DNA of 63,367 nt, counting the filler, from Sphacelaria rigidula (taxonomy: Eukaryota): NCBI GenBank assembly GCA_964200075.2. It is 9 parts of 9 records of this genome, joined end to end, with 100 filler letters (N's around TTAATTAATTAA, not from the genome) between each part and the next. Parts side by side here need not be neighbours in the genome. Positions count along the whole stretch, not along the records: positions 49,366 to 56,316 come from CAXNAA020017245.1; positions 56,417 to 63,367 come from CAXNAA020017246.1; 7 more parts are not named here. One strand, given 5' to 3'. Positions 49,908-62,940 of this stretch are shown here, piece by piece. Numbering within the stretch: the first letter of the stretch is position 1; the number at the start of each line of letters is the position of its first letter. A program made the position numbers and the translations under genes. Below the pieces are notes generated by a model, which saw only the letters and a list, made by a program, of their open reading frames with translations, was not told the DNA's origin and made no database searches.

Positions 49908-51874
49908 CGGGGGGGGGGGGAGAAGGGGTGCCGCTGTGACGACTTCAGGCGGAAAGTACACACGCGCAATAAAAACGGAGAAGGCAATGGATACACCGGC
50001 ATCAGGGCGTACAAGGTAGTTGTAGAAGACAGGGTTATTCTGGATCGGTCCATGGTATGCTATTTATTTCTTGCCTCGAATAACTCGATACGAGAAAGCC
50101 TTTTTGGCTGCTGCTCTGCCTTGGCCTTCTACGAAAACTGCACAGAATAGAACGTGTTCGCGCAGCGTTCTATTCTTTACAGACGAGACTACATGTTTTG
50201 TGCGTGACAGGCGAGACAAAAAAAAACGCTGTAAACTTAATGTTGCAAAAAAATTGAGTCTGGACAAGCAGGTGTGGAGGATGACGGAGAACGGGTCACC
50301 GGTTGACTGCCAAGTTTTTTTCCCCCGTTCTCGTCTGCCGATTGTTTCCGAATCGGCGCCATCACTTTATCGGCATCATCCCATCATCTTTTTGATTGAT
50401 GGATTGATTGATTGTCGCACTTTAACCGACCCCTCAGGGGTCTAGACAGGATCACATGATGGACGTACCCAAGAAAACAAAAACCGAATCTACGGTAGAA
50501 ATATGTAACATGAATACAGTATTTATAGCATCCGCCCGAAAGGAACGAGTACGGTACCCTCTTCGAATCATGGATATGGACGAGGAGCGCTCCGCTTTAA
50601 CGAGCGCTAACGAGCTTTTCGAGAGAGACAGAGAAAACAATACTCCTGCGGTGGATTACAGCGTTTAACCTTAATACGCTATTCGATACCCTCCCCCATT
50701 TGAACAACACCCCTAGGTGGCGAGTTTTCAAAGTTTTTCGCGTGGAGGGCTGGCGCCCACATGACCCATCTTTGAACCGGACGGCCGAAGTGAGAATCCC
50801 GCAAGATCATCCCTGAGCCGGAAAAAAATACTCACGTATCGTATTTGGACCGAACGACAGGAGCGAAAATCTAAAAGTGTTTCACATGACCGGCGGCGTT
50901 ATTGTACTCATGTTTTTGATCTGTTCCTGTCCTCATCTTTTTTCAGAAGGTGATCATGTGAGATCTTGCCACCCGGCTAAGATAAATGTCATTTTGTGAT
51001 ATTTGTGCTCGGTTTTGAGAGATGTTCGTGTGATATTTCTCTCAGTACCGACAGGGCCCACCATTTTCGATCTTTGAAAGTATGAGAATATCGGCTAAAA
51101 AACTCCGCCCCGTTACCAAATACGTCGGGTATGCAGTAAAATGGTTGGATTTTGTGACACCATAATCCCCGCAATAGCTGAAATATATCTGATTATGGGA
51201 GTCCACCTGAAAAGAGAAGCCAGCTAGCCGAGAACGAGGGCAGTGATCATAGATGCAGACCGCTCAAGTAGTAGTTTGCTAGACCTCCCAACTCCAATGA
51301 TATCGTCTTGTTATGCTCGGAAGGTGATAAAATTTTCCTATGTAGACTAGATATGTACCTATAAGACTAACTGGACATATATTCTCCCTAAAATCGTGAA
51401 GCATGATAAATGCTGTATAAGCACGCAAAGCATGAACGCGAAACGGGTGATACCACTCGTGCATAAGCCTTCGGTTCAAGGATCGTTATGCAAAACCTGT
51501 GCACAGTTTACAAGTGGTTACGTGGAACTTGTACTTGTAGTTCGAAACTGGTTTTGTGAGACCTATGCCCGGTCCGGAGATGGTTATGTGAAAGCTTGCC
51601 CCGGACATGAACAGCCCTGAAAAAAATCTCGCATAACTGTTTGAACTGGCTCAGGCATATGGACACATCAAAATGCATGTGCAACGCCGGAAATGTGCGG
51701 TAACGTAAAAAGCTTTGCATGTTTATGAACACTCTTGGCAACATCCCGGTGCCTGCAGCATCGTGTAGGGGCACGACAGATACCACCGTCCACTACATAT
51801 CATTTTCGGGCCATGAATTGTCGAGACCTGATCATCAGTGCATACCGCATCCCAAGGTAACCTCTTCCCCGCAC

Positions 51875-52087
51875 CTGCGCCGCTCCGGTGTCGCTGTCCC
51901 CGAGAAGGGCCACGAGGGCGGGCAGGAGAGGTGGTGCTAGTATGGACAAGCAGCGGCCGGAGCGGCCAACGTCGTCTCGTGGCTCGCCGCGACCAAGCAC
52001 CACCAGAGTCTTGACGGTAAGCTTTTTGACACCGACGACAGGGTGATACAGTCCGGCCAGCAAAAAAGGCACTGTCTCGGCGTTTTC
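51875..52087 (-). CDS. Internal exon of an ARM/HEAT protein resembling 26S proteasome chaperone S5b (PSMD5/Hsm3)
   Basis: 213 nt, phase 0, C-rich CTCAG acceptor and CAG|GTGCG donor; VPFLLAGLYHPVVGVKKLTVKTL...LLPALVALLGDSDTGAAQ resembles PSMD5 GLxHP...VK.L motif. Confidence 0.62.
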
Positions 52088-52220
52088 CTGAGCGGATGGG
52101 GGACGGGGGGAAGCGCGCGGCGCGCGGGGGGGGTCGCCTCTTTACTATTATAACTACCACTTATCGTGTGGAGGGTGGCTGTTGGACAGGATATGGGCAA
52201 GGGAGTTGTTCGAGGGATGG

Positions 52221-55200
52221 CGGGGGGGCGGGGGGCGTACTCATTTATTGTATCTTATACTAGTCGTTTGAGCATTGACCACGCATCTCTTGCGAGACGG
52301 AGCACCGTTCCTACTCCTGATCGAGAAATTTTCAACATTGGGGCGCTCACTCGCTTCTTCCGTACACTACACAGAAACCTTTTGCATGTCTTGTTTCCCC
52401 GTGTGTGGCCACCATGTATCTCCTAGTATAGCCATCGTTTTCTCACTACTATCTAATGCATCAAAGGATTTCATGCCACCTTCGTTTACTTTCCACATTT
52501 TCCCTTGTAGCATGCCCCGTTCCTCCTTGTATAGTTCACATCCCGCCACTATAAAAGTTGGCGCGACCTATTTGCAGGTGGGGTACGCAACTACACGCGT
52601 GCAGGTCGCGATCACCTCCGGAGCCAAACCCACAAGAAACCCTATTTGAAATGCTGCTCACAAGAAACAATAGCCGTACTCCACGGCAACTCATAGCACG
52701 GCAGTAACACCGGAAAGAAATTCTTGGCCGCAGGGCAGGATACCACGAACGTAGGCGACGATGACTTCTGTGCTCGATACTACCGGGAATCATAGAATGA
52801 ACCGTATTTTCTTGGAGCACTTCCTGGGGCAATCTCTCAAAGAACAGAAACGTGTTGATAGTCACTGCGGCGTCAGGGACAACAGACCATCAGCTGAGGG
52901 TTCAAATGCAATCCTGTCATGCGTGAGTGCGATTGCGTAATAACTGTCCACGCCCGCCGTGGCCCATGCGCGGGAAAACTGCGTGTGCGGGCAAATAACT
53001 ACATGCTGATCGATACCGCGGTACTCTGAGCACTTTACAATGCCATATATACGCAAGGAGGGAAGTGACCTTGTGAAATCACACCATTGAACTTCAAATA
53101 CTTGTCTGTTGTCTGCTATGCGGCCTGTACTGTACACTCTACATAGTAGATAACAGACAACTGTAGTACACTACTAGTTAGTACCGTACAGGCCTTGTAG
53201 TGCTCTATACAGGTAACAAGTGGTACGAGACATAAACACTACTACTACTCGCGCAACCGCCTGGATAGCGTGCGCAGTGAACAGATGGCGCGCCGTCTTG
53301 TACAACAGTGCAACCGTATGATATGGCGGGATTATCGAAAGCAAGCAGCTGCTGCATATACAGTCGGTGTACTCAGATCACCCATGCAATCGACATGCGC
53401 GGCGGTTGGCTGGCCAATAACACAGCACGACTGTTGGCTTGTCAGTACAGTATCGAGCAGAGAGCTCATCGCCACTGTGGTGTGTCACCTTCTGCTCTAC
53501 GATAAGATCCCTTCCTTTTTGTCCTGCTCTAGACTGCTGCGGAGTGCGACTGACTGAAGTTCCGTGTGTGGAGTGTTTCGGTTTCAAATTGGGGATGTCG
53601 TGAACTTGATTCTGGAGGCGTTCGCGACCTGCACGCTTTATTTTGCATGCCCCACCTGCACATAGGTCCCGCCACATGAGTTCTACTCTCTGCAGCCTTG
53701 ACAGGGGCATTTCTGTGCATCTACCTCCCCCCTCCACTCGACTATAAGTATATCTTCCTCTTTCTGCCAGGTCCACGTCCCCACTCTAAATCGCAGTTTC
53801 AATTTTTCACCGCGTCCATTGGGCCATGCAGATATGTTGTCTTTCCTATCCACTCGCCCAACCTGCCGTATATGTTCAAGTGCTCTTCCGCGTCTACGTT
53901 CCGACTTCGCGTTTCTTTTTCCCTTATTCCTATCATGACTTACTTTTGTCTTTTACCTCCCTCGCATTCCCGTATGGACGTTATCTCGTCTTGGTTTTCC
54001 CTTATGTCCTTCCATATTTTCTCGGCCACGCTATCCCACCTTATTCCAGTCTGCCCTTTCGTCATTTTCTTCTATACAGCCCTATCAACTATAGCTGGCA
54101 GTCCCTCTTTCTTAATGTTCTATGCGCTATATTGTGAGTTCAGTTTCCTCGTGTCTCTGCTTGTTGCAAGTGAGTACATCCCCCACTCTGCTCTCAATGC
54201 TGTATTACTCGTCGTTTTAGAGCACCCAAATATCTTCTTAGCTGCTGCCATCTGTACTGTTTGCAACTTTTTCGCGAACTTCGCGTTCTCCTCCCATACT
54301 TATCCTGAATATCCCAGCTTTGGTACAACCAAGTTCATCAGGATACATCTCTCGATCCTGGTGTCTGGATGCGGGTCTCTCAGGATCACGTCCATCTTTC
54401 CTACATGTGCCTTACCCCCTTCCATTACTTGTTCATGTGTGCATCCCAAGAGCAGTTTCTTGAGATCTCTACGCCAAGGTATGTATACTGGTCTACGATC
54501 GGCGGTTCCTCTTCTCCCCACTTCCATTTGAACTCCACGGGGTTCCTCTGATCTTCGCTACATTCAAGTGCCGAGCACTTGATAACGTTCGCTGTCACTC
54601 TCCATTTCCTAGTGTATTCTGCCGCCTTCTCTATTTACTTCTGCAATCCTTCCGGTGATCCTGATATCCCCACAAAATCACCCGCGAATATTAATCCCGA
54701 TACCATATCTTTACCCACCTTGACCCTTCTTGCTTTGCTGCTTCCAATACTCTTATCAGGCCATTAATAAATACCTTGAATAAAGTGGGTCATGACGTAC
54801 ATCCTTGTGCAAACTCCTTGTGAAATATCAAAATACAATATTTCGATATTTCCCCGTCTAGGACCATAGCCCTTTTCGCACTTTTTCTCATCTTCTTTAC
54901 CATTCTTCACATCTTTGCTGCAATCTCAGTTTCCCGCATTTTTTTCACAGCTTATTTGTCCATACCGCACTATTGGCCTTTCGTACGTCTAGAAATAAAC
55001 AGTAAGTTGTTCGTAGCCTGGCGTTTTCCCTACCTTAGACAATCTTACCCAATGTGTACACGTTGGTGTAAAACCTTTTTTCCCCTCGCTGATTTTCTTC
55101 CTTTCTCTAGCATCGTTCCCACTTTATCGTTCAGAGTCTTACAAAATGTTTTTTTACCATATTTAGTAGCGTTATCCCTCTATGATTCCCTAGGTCGGCT

Positions 55201-55260
55201 TCGTCTCCTTTCTTGAAAGGCGTATTGCTGCTCGTTCTCTCCACCTCTTGGGTGTGTACT
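52221..55260 (-). pseudogene. LINE family A copy (RT to 3' end), split by a TIR element at 52550-53674
   Basis: Minus-strand FLDVRKA, QGCT.PTLFKVFING, IFAGDFVGIS and YLG motifs; homologous to 28339-29201 plus 33305-33801; G tract at 3' end. Confidence 0.85.
52550..53674. mobile_element. Non-autonomous DNA element with ~95-bp imperfect TIRs
   Basis: TGGCGCGACCTATTTGCAGGTGGGG...GCGTGCAGGTCGCGA...ATTTGAAA mirrored at ~53582-53674. Confidence 0.72.
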
Positions 55261-55276
55261 CGTTTTCCCAGATCCA

Positions 55277-55830
55277 TGGGGGTATGGCGTACTCATTTGT
55301 TGCTTGCCTCAGTCATTTGACCATTCACCATTGACCACGCATCCCTCTCGAGGCGGAGCACCGTTCCTCCTCCTAATAGAGACACTTCCAACATTTTGGA
55401 GCTCATTACGTTTCTTACATACATTACACACACCTTTTACAGACCTTCTCCCCTTCCTGCCCCGCCGTCTGTGGCCACCACCTACCTCTTGGTAAAGCGG
55501 TTGTTCTTTCGCTACTCTCTAATATACCAAACGATTTCGTGCCATCTCCGTTTACTTTCCACAGTACCTCCTCTAACACATCCCGTTCCTCCTTGTATAC
55601 TTCACATCCCCCAACAATAGACCTCTACTCCTGTTGCCTCGCCACATGAGAATTTTCCTGTGTATCCATTCCCTCCTCCACCCGACAACTGGCATACTCT
55701 CTTCTTTCTGACAGGTCCAGGTTCCCCACCAGAAAACGTATTTTAACGTGCAAATATTTTTTCATCCCTACGCCTCCTCCAAACCCCCGGTATACCTTCA
55801 GGTGCTCTTCCTCGTCCGCTTTCTGGGGAG
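55277..55830 (-). mobile_element. Additional LINE family A 3' copy
   Basis: GCGTACTCATTTGTTGCTTGCC...; colinear with 33305-33800. Confidence 0.78.
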
Positions 55831-56316
55831 GGGGGGGGGGGGGGGGGGGGGGGTTTTTCCCCCGCCCGTTTGGGGTGGGGCGGGCGGGCGGTCTGTGTTT
55901 GGTCTGTTGGNNNNNNNNNNCCCCCCCCCCCCCCTCTCCCCGCGGCCTCTGTGGGGGGGCCCCTCTGGCTGCTGTCGGGGGGGGGGGGGGGGGGGGGGGG
56001 GGGTAACTTTGTACCTACCGCTTTTCCTGTTGGTGGGACTCCGCGTTCATGTTTTCCCGTTCGAGTGAGAACAGCCGAGAACCCGCACGGAATGTCGTTC
56101 ATCATCATGCACGGGGACGACCGTGCCCACTATCGTAAACTGATACTCGGACTATGACACAACATCCCTGTGGCAGCGTTTGCGGGCAGACTCGGCGATT
56201 TTCCTGGCGGGGAATATTGCATGCGCATGGTGGGTATTGGAGGGGATGCGGTAAAAGCGCGCGCGCGCGCGGGGGGGGGGGGGGGCGCGGTATAGCGCGG
56301 GGGCCGGCCAAGGGGG

Positions 56317-56416
56317 NNNNNNNNNNNNNNNNNNNNNNNNNNNNNNNNNNNNNNNNNNNNTTAATTAATTAANNNNNNNNNNNNNNNNNNNNNNNNNNNN
56401 NNNNNNNNNNNNNNNN
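56317..56416. other. Artificial contig linker
   Basis: N44-TTAATTAATTAA-N44. Confidence 0.98.
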
Positions 56417-57408
56417 AAAAATAACTACCAACCCCCCCCATCCCCACCACCAAAATACACAAAAATTTTTTTTCATAACATCCCCCCCCCCCCCCCCCCC
56501 CCCTCCCTTCTCCCCCTCCCCGTATCTTGTGGTACCACCAGGGTTGCTGCGCCACCTCGGGAGAGGGGGTATACGAAGGATTGGATTGGCTGTCTCAGGC
56601 GCTCAAGAACGAGAAGAAAGCTACCCACAGAACAAGTTCTGGTCCCGGCTTTTAAGCGTATACGTTTCGTAGTACAAGAACTACAAAGATAGTGGGCGGA
56701 GAGAGAGAAACGTCAAAAAGTGTCCCGACTGAAAAATGATGGGGGAAAAGACAAAGACAGGCGTAGCACGCAGCGTGTCTTAAATCCATTCTAAGAGGGT
56801 GATATTAATGGTAATCGAGATAGGTGGTGTTGGGGCTGTGAACGGAAAGCGAACGGTAGGTACACACGTTTTTACTTCAAGTGGAGAACGACCTTTTACT
56901 TCAAGTGAAGAATAACCGTCCATTTTTCGCTACGCAGTGCCGGTACCGACGACTCGCTCTCCTTCTTATCCTCCATAAGGATATGTTGCTGTCGCGATTA
57001 AGGTCGGACGCACCAAACCGTACCATACCCAAATCAGGGCTTCACGCCGTGTGCGTTCCCCTCGCGGACATGATGCTGCTGTTGTGACATCACCCTTGGG
57101 TTAACCAGTCGACAACGTGGATCTATTACCTGACAGAGGAGCGGAAGGGGCTTGGGGTCGGGCGTAGTCCTTGTGGTTTATGTCTTCACCGTTGACCTGC
57201 TGACCGCACACACTCTTCCAGCATGAGCGATCGCCTATGGCTGGTTGCTCATTTCGCAATTTGTTTCTTGATGAAGCTAAGGAAGCAGGAGGGGGGGAGG
57301 GATATTATTGTTGCTCTCTCTGGGTGACTGGCAATGGTAAAATCTGGCTGAAGGAGGAGTGGGGAGGGGGGGTAGCATATGATCGGCGTGAGGCCGATGA
57401 AATGTTGT

Positions 57409-57668
57409 GACACTTTCTACGATAGCCCCCCCCCCCCCAAAAGTGCCCGGTTTGGGGAGGCGATTTTTTCATGTAAGTCGAAATGGAAAAGCCGAGCACG
57501 ACGGGCAGCTGGGAATTCCAACGCTTGGGTTCGTTCTTGTCAATGTCGCCCATATGAGGTGCTTCATGCAGCCTGCAGCCTGAACCCAAACATCAGGCGC
57601 TGTATGACCATTTTTTTCGTGACACTTTTGGGCCGGATTTGAGGGGGGGGGGGATCGTAGAAAGTGTC
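57409..57668. mobile_element. MITE (GACACTTTCTACGAT TIR family)
   Basis: GACACTTTCTACGAT ... ATCGTAGAAAGTGTC; TGT on both flanks. Confidence 0.8.
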
Positions 57669-58217
57669 TGTAAGGATAACTCACGAAACGAAACACTTTG
57701 AAACTAGGGAATATGTGTGGTGTGGGGGCCATTCGTCTTATTTCCGAAGGCGTTCGATCATCGACGAGGAATGGAAGAATGGCCTTGGAGCGTTTCCGTC
57801 GCGAGACCGCTTACTTTCGGATGTTCGAGTGATGCGGGGACTTGAGTGCACGTGGGAAGAATAAGTAGGTCGGACTGAGCCTTTTTCGACACAACGTGGC
57901 AGAGCACCGCACCGCGCCGTGTAGCGGCTTGATTGTTCTGTTCCGTTTGTTGAGCAGCAGAAAAATCGACGTCGCCGTATCAAAGTTGTCCGTCTTTTTT
58001 TGCATTTCCTTGGCCCATGTGCGACCTTGTGCGTGTCTACAAGCAGTAGGTGTTGCGGCCACAGGTCGTCGGCATTTTATGGATAGTTAATTAAAAATAG
58101 CGTGAGTCATCCTCTTGTGTAACTTGTGCATGTGCACTTGTGCATGTGCACATGAGTGACGCGGGAATGATACGAACTGAAAACAGAAGAGAAAACAGCG
58201 TCAAGTCCTCCACTCGT

Positions 58218-58350
58218 GGCCATTTGGCTACCCCCAAAATTTCTTCAGGTCGGTCAAATTTTCGAGTCTCCAGAGGGATTAAACGCCTCCGGAGGCTTGT
58301 TTTCGCCTCTGGAGGGCCGCGCATCTCTCCGAAGGTATTTTGCTACCCCC
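58218..58350 (+). mobile_element. Partial GGCCATTTGGCTAC MITE abutting truncated Copia LTR
   Basis: Homologous to 34554-34846. Confidence 0.65.
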
Positions 58351-61300
58351 AAACACTGGCTACAGCGCTGGTTCCCGGACCGATCCTTTTGGTGCTTTGT
58401 ACTGAACCGTACTGGCTCCTACTTGATTGGCTGACTACATGCCTGAGAATCTACGTATGATATCTATGTTCGATATATAATCTGCACACTCCCCCATGAT
58501 CGTACAGCGGTAACGCCGGAGAGCTGATACGATCACACCCAACGTGCTGGATACGAGACAAACGAATCTTTCCATCGAATGCCATTAAAGTCACGTGGTG
58601 GACCCTGGGCCCTCCGGACTCGTCCCCACTCCCGCCGCCTTTCCCGTTTTGATATCCTTTGTCGGGAACGGCACTTTGAACGTTTGTCGGCTGTGTGCGA
58701 GGCTGTCCTTGCTCGACATGCATCCCGCACCCTCGGGTGGTTCCTCCACTGCCTTGTCGTTTCCTTCACCGCGGGCTGTTCCTCCGCTTCTTGGTCAAGG
58801 CCAGAACCGTCCGCGCTCGGCACGAATATTTTCTCGAGCTTCGCTCCTTCGTTATCGCCCAGCGTCTCCGGTGCTTCGGTGATTCGGCCTTGTTCACGAT
58901 CATCTCCGTTTGAGTAGGCTTGATCCTCCATTCCGACCTGCTTCTCGTTTCTTGTCTGGGATGCCTTGGTCTTTGGGCCTTCCGAGCGCTCGCCCGCGCT
59001 TGGAGTCGCACGAGTTACAGGCGCCGCCGGTGGCACCCGTGGTCCCAACGGTTCACCGGCCTCTCGGCTCTGAGGCTCGTTGCCCTTCCGTCGGATTTCC
59101 TCTTCCATGACCACTTTCCATCTGTCAGCATCAGGTTTAGCCAGGGCTTCTTTTGCTGTCGACGGTTCCTGTGGTTCAGCGACGATTCCGCCCCCGAGCA
59201 CGCAGAATGCGCCCTTGTCCCGATCTTGTAGAAGGGTGGCGAGGAAATTCCCGTCATCAGAACTGCTGTCGTCAGAACTCCCAAAGCGTTGCTGTGCGTT
59301 GTCCCCTCGATGCCGTTGCGCTTGTCGACTGGAGCTGCGCAGTCCACTATTCGGAGAAGAGCGCTTCGATGATGGCGGGTCCTGTGGTGGTTGTCCACCC
59401 GGGCTATCATCGCCGTCGATTGGTGCTGCTTTCTCTTCTTCCGATGGTTCGTCCTCGTCATTCCTGAGTTCAACAGCCTTTAGCTCCCCCACGGTGTCTA
59501 GGATCTTGGCCTCTGATTCAAGCGTGATGTGTGAAGACTTCACGAGCTTTGATTCTCACATCAGCCATACGTACCGGCAGAGAGAGTGCCGATCGTGCCC
59601 CACCAAGATGCCCCGCTTCGCATATGGGTGGAACTTTGCAGCGGCGCCGCGTTGCTGCTTGTGCTGACGCACGAAACACTCGGATCTCCAACTACGAAGC
59701 CGGTCGTAGTTAAAATACTTTCCTGTCAGCCTCTCACACGGGGTCTCGCCCCCGAGGTACCCGTGAGGCATCCCTAAGGTCTTGAATGCCGCGTCCGCCA
59801 CAGCGAAGAGCCAGTAGTCCTCTCCGCGTCCCGCTTTCACCAGTTGGCTGCGTGCTATCCTCATCAGTTGTTGAATTGCACGTTCAGCAAATCCATTACA
59901 TCGCGGTGTCCTTAACGGTGAGTTGCGCCATTTGGTGCCGCGATTGGTCAGCATGCCTTGAAATTCGACTGACCGTCCAAGTTCCCCAGCGTCGTCTCCG
60001 CTGATGCATTTGATGGCCACTCCCTCACGGGCCATTTCGTCGATATAGGCTCCCGTGGCGTCAGTGGCAGCATCTTGTGTCTTGATTCCAACAACGTGCT
60101 TGTCTCGACTGGCCCCATCCACGAAAACCTGAAAGTATTTCATGCCCGTGACATCGGCGTGGAAGGGCTCTTCAAGATCGGAGTGCACAACTTCACCTGG
60201 TGCTTTTGGGACTCCTGCCGCCGCGGCCGTAGCTGAGCGCTTCGGACTTTCCTTCCTTGCAGACGTTGCAGCGCATCTCGGACGCCGCCGCGGTATCAGT
60301 GACATCGATCAGCCCACGCTTCTCGAGGTGTTTTATGGCAGCCGGATCGATGTGTCCTGAGGTGTCGTGCCACTCCTTTAATGTGAAACGCTGCTTCTTG
60401 TTTGCGAACAAAGCGTGCGCCGACGCCGCATGTTTGCCATCCCCCTGTAGCGATGCCGACAGGTTCAGGAACCTTCTATTCTAGGATAGGGGGTTCTTCG
60501 CTGCATCCTTTCTGTGCCGAAGGTGGGTCTGCCTCCTGCCGGAACCCACGAATTCTCCTCCGTCACGCCGAATCGTTCCGGTACTCAGCAGCCGGCAAGG
60601 TAGTCCAGGAACGCAAAGTACGTCCTTCAGTGTGACCTTTGCCGGAGCCTCCTTTCCCCGAGCGCCCTCGTGCAACGACATCTCTCCCATTGCCAGTGCC
60701 TGCAGTTGTCCCTTGTTCCCAAATGTACAGCTTCGATTGACCGTACTTATATTTCTGAGATCCTGTTTCCAGGGAGTCATGTGGACATTCGCTCCCGAGT
60801 CGCAGAGAATCGATACGTCTGCGTCACTGTTGGTCGACATGCAGATGGATACTACCCGCTCATCTTCGACTACCACGTTCCTCGTCATGAATTCCTGCGG
60901 TCTGTCCCTCCTCCCATTACTTCTGCCGTTTTGTGGAGGAGGTGGGAACGTTCGTGCGGGGCTCATCCCCGGCGGTCGTTTAGTCGGAGGTTTGCCGGTA
61001 AGGTAGGAGCGACACTCCCGCCACCTATGACCTCGCTTTAAACAGTAGGCGCACTGGTTTCTATCTAGCCCCGAGTCGGTTTTGTTGCCGTTGGTTCTCG
61101 ATTGGAACGCTACTGCCTCATCGGGGCGTTCCATGTCAGACGTTAGATATGCTGATGATGCTACGACTACCCGTTTTAGCTCATCGTACGTCATACCTGG
61201 CTCGGTTGCTAGCTGGATGAATACTTGTGGAAGCGCCTTCTTGATCCCGAGTAAAAGGGCTGCCCTCTTGGTCTCGTCGGCTTTGGCGTTTCCAAGCGCT

Positions 61301-62469
61301 TCGAATTCCCCCCCAGATGGTGTCCAGCTTCACCATAACATCTGCTGATTCTTCTGCAGAATTGCATTGGAGATCCCGTAATCTTCGTTCCAATGCAAAG
61401 TAGTTGCACAGGCGGCTCGCCCTGTGTACGTCCTCCGTAGATCCGTTCCATCTCCAGCCAGGCTTTCCTGCCGTCAGTGTTGCCGCCGTGCTCGCATCGT
61501 GCGACGATGGCTACGGCTGAACCTTTCGTAGCCTGTGCCAGGAGGAACCATAAACACTGTATATTGCGTTGGTGTGTTTCGTACGCCCTACGCTGGTCGA
61601 GTGTTGTGGTAGCTGTCGGAACAGCCGGTGTGGTGTAATCCGGTCGCAGCAGGGGTTATAGTCCTTTCCCCCCTGCGTATCCAACGATGGAAAGTCTCCA
61701 TGCATCCCATGTTTCTCGCGAGTGCCCACGAGCGCCCGTCCAGACTGGCAACTTGCGTGGGTCCACCTTCATACTCCTCGAGGCTTACGAACCTGTGCAC
61801 TTGTGAGGTGTTTGGTGTGGCCGTGGCGTGCTTCCTCGCAGCGCACCGTCTTGCAGCGGAGCAAGGCAAATATCACGAGAGATCTTGATGGGTTGAGCAG
61901 ACGACGTACCCGAGTGGGGCGCCGCATCGCCGCGCTCAACACTATTCGTTCAGACGTCACCTGCTGGTGTACAGCTCTATCTGAACTTTCTCGCTCTGAA
62001 TATCAGCCCTAAGTCCCAACAGTAGAGCATACAATATATAGCCGCGGAGCCGTTCTGGCTCGACCGAACACTGGCTACAGTACTGGTTCCCGGACCGTTC
62101 CTGTTGGTACTTTGCACGGTTCGGACGAATCATCGCCGGTTCGAATCACCAAATCCACGATTTCTCAGGCCTGATTGATCGAAAGAGAGAAAAAAGTCGA
62201 CCGCGGGTCAAACAGGTCTTCACGCAACGTTTGCCCCATTCCACGTGCCTGGGCTTCGCGTACCTGGGTTGCAACGCTGAAAACCAAGCGTAAGGATTGA
62301 TTCGTACCGTACGAATCAATCACACTATAATCAAGTAATTTCCGGACTGATCATTAATTCGTCCGACCCCTGGTACTTTGTACTGAACCGTACTGGCTCC
62401 TGCTAGGCTGGTTGACTACATGCTTGAGAATCTACGTATGAGATCTATGTTCGATACATAATCTGCACA
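58351..62469 (-). mobile_element. Second copy of the RT-less Copia family
   Basis: 5' LTR 61794-62469 (with MITE insertion); truncated 3' LTR ~58351-58488; PPT 58489-58495; PBS-like GGTTCGTAAGCC; CAYCLKRGHRWREC, ILCDSGANVHMT and integrase core motifs; EPSTAKEAL...WKVVMEEEI then no RT. Confidence 0.92.
62115..62372. mobile_element. hAT-type MITE (258 bp) in Copia 5' LTR
   Basis: TIR CACGGTTCGGACGAAT / ATTCGTCCGACCCCTG; 8-bp TSD GTACTTTG at 62107-62114 and 62373-62380; the other LTRs show the empty site. Confidence 0.88.
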
Positions 62470-62559
62470 GTCTTCATCCCCACACAAGCAGCGCAGCATA
62501 GCGAGTATGCACGGTCGTGTAACACACCCGCGACTTCCATCGTTATGTGCAATCAGCCA

Positions 62560-62815
62560 CCGCGCTCCGGTGGTCTGAATTAAAATGGTTCACCTGACTC
62601 CGTTGTTAGGGTGGGAAGAACGCGGGTTCGATTCCCAACAGATACGTCTAGTTTGGCGTTTTCCTCCGAATTATCTGATCTCAGCCGTTGAAAGCGTGAA
62701 GGCGCGAGTATATAATATCAAAAGTTTGACTGAGGATGGTAGACGAGAGTTGACGCGGTGCGGGAGCGCTGATCAAATCCGGGAAACCAAAACCCAAGGC
62801 GTATATATATATATG
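62560..62815 (+). mobile_element. tRNA-derived SINE with (TA)n-like tail
   Basis: A-box-like TGGTCTGAATT...TGG and B box GGTTCGATTCC (62625-62635); no full cloverleaf; homolog at 37960-38100. Confidence 0.68.
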
Positions 62816-62940
62816 TACAGAACTGGGGGAGAGATGGGTTGATCCCTGAAGACCACAGACCGGTCCCGAGGAAGAGGAGGAATTCAAAATGTGACAACAA
62901 AATGATTTCTCCGCCCCCCTTCGCCCCCCCCCTCCCCCCC

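Noticed and set aside
50712-50980. hAT MITE with GGTGGCRAG termini
   Set aside because: Inverted match is short and no TSD was found.
62563-62640. Functional tRNA gene
   Set aside because: B box is present but no acceptor stem or anticodon arm can be folded; better explained as a SINE head.
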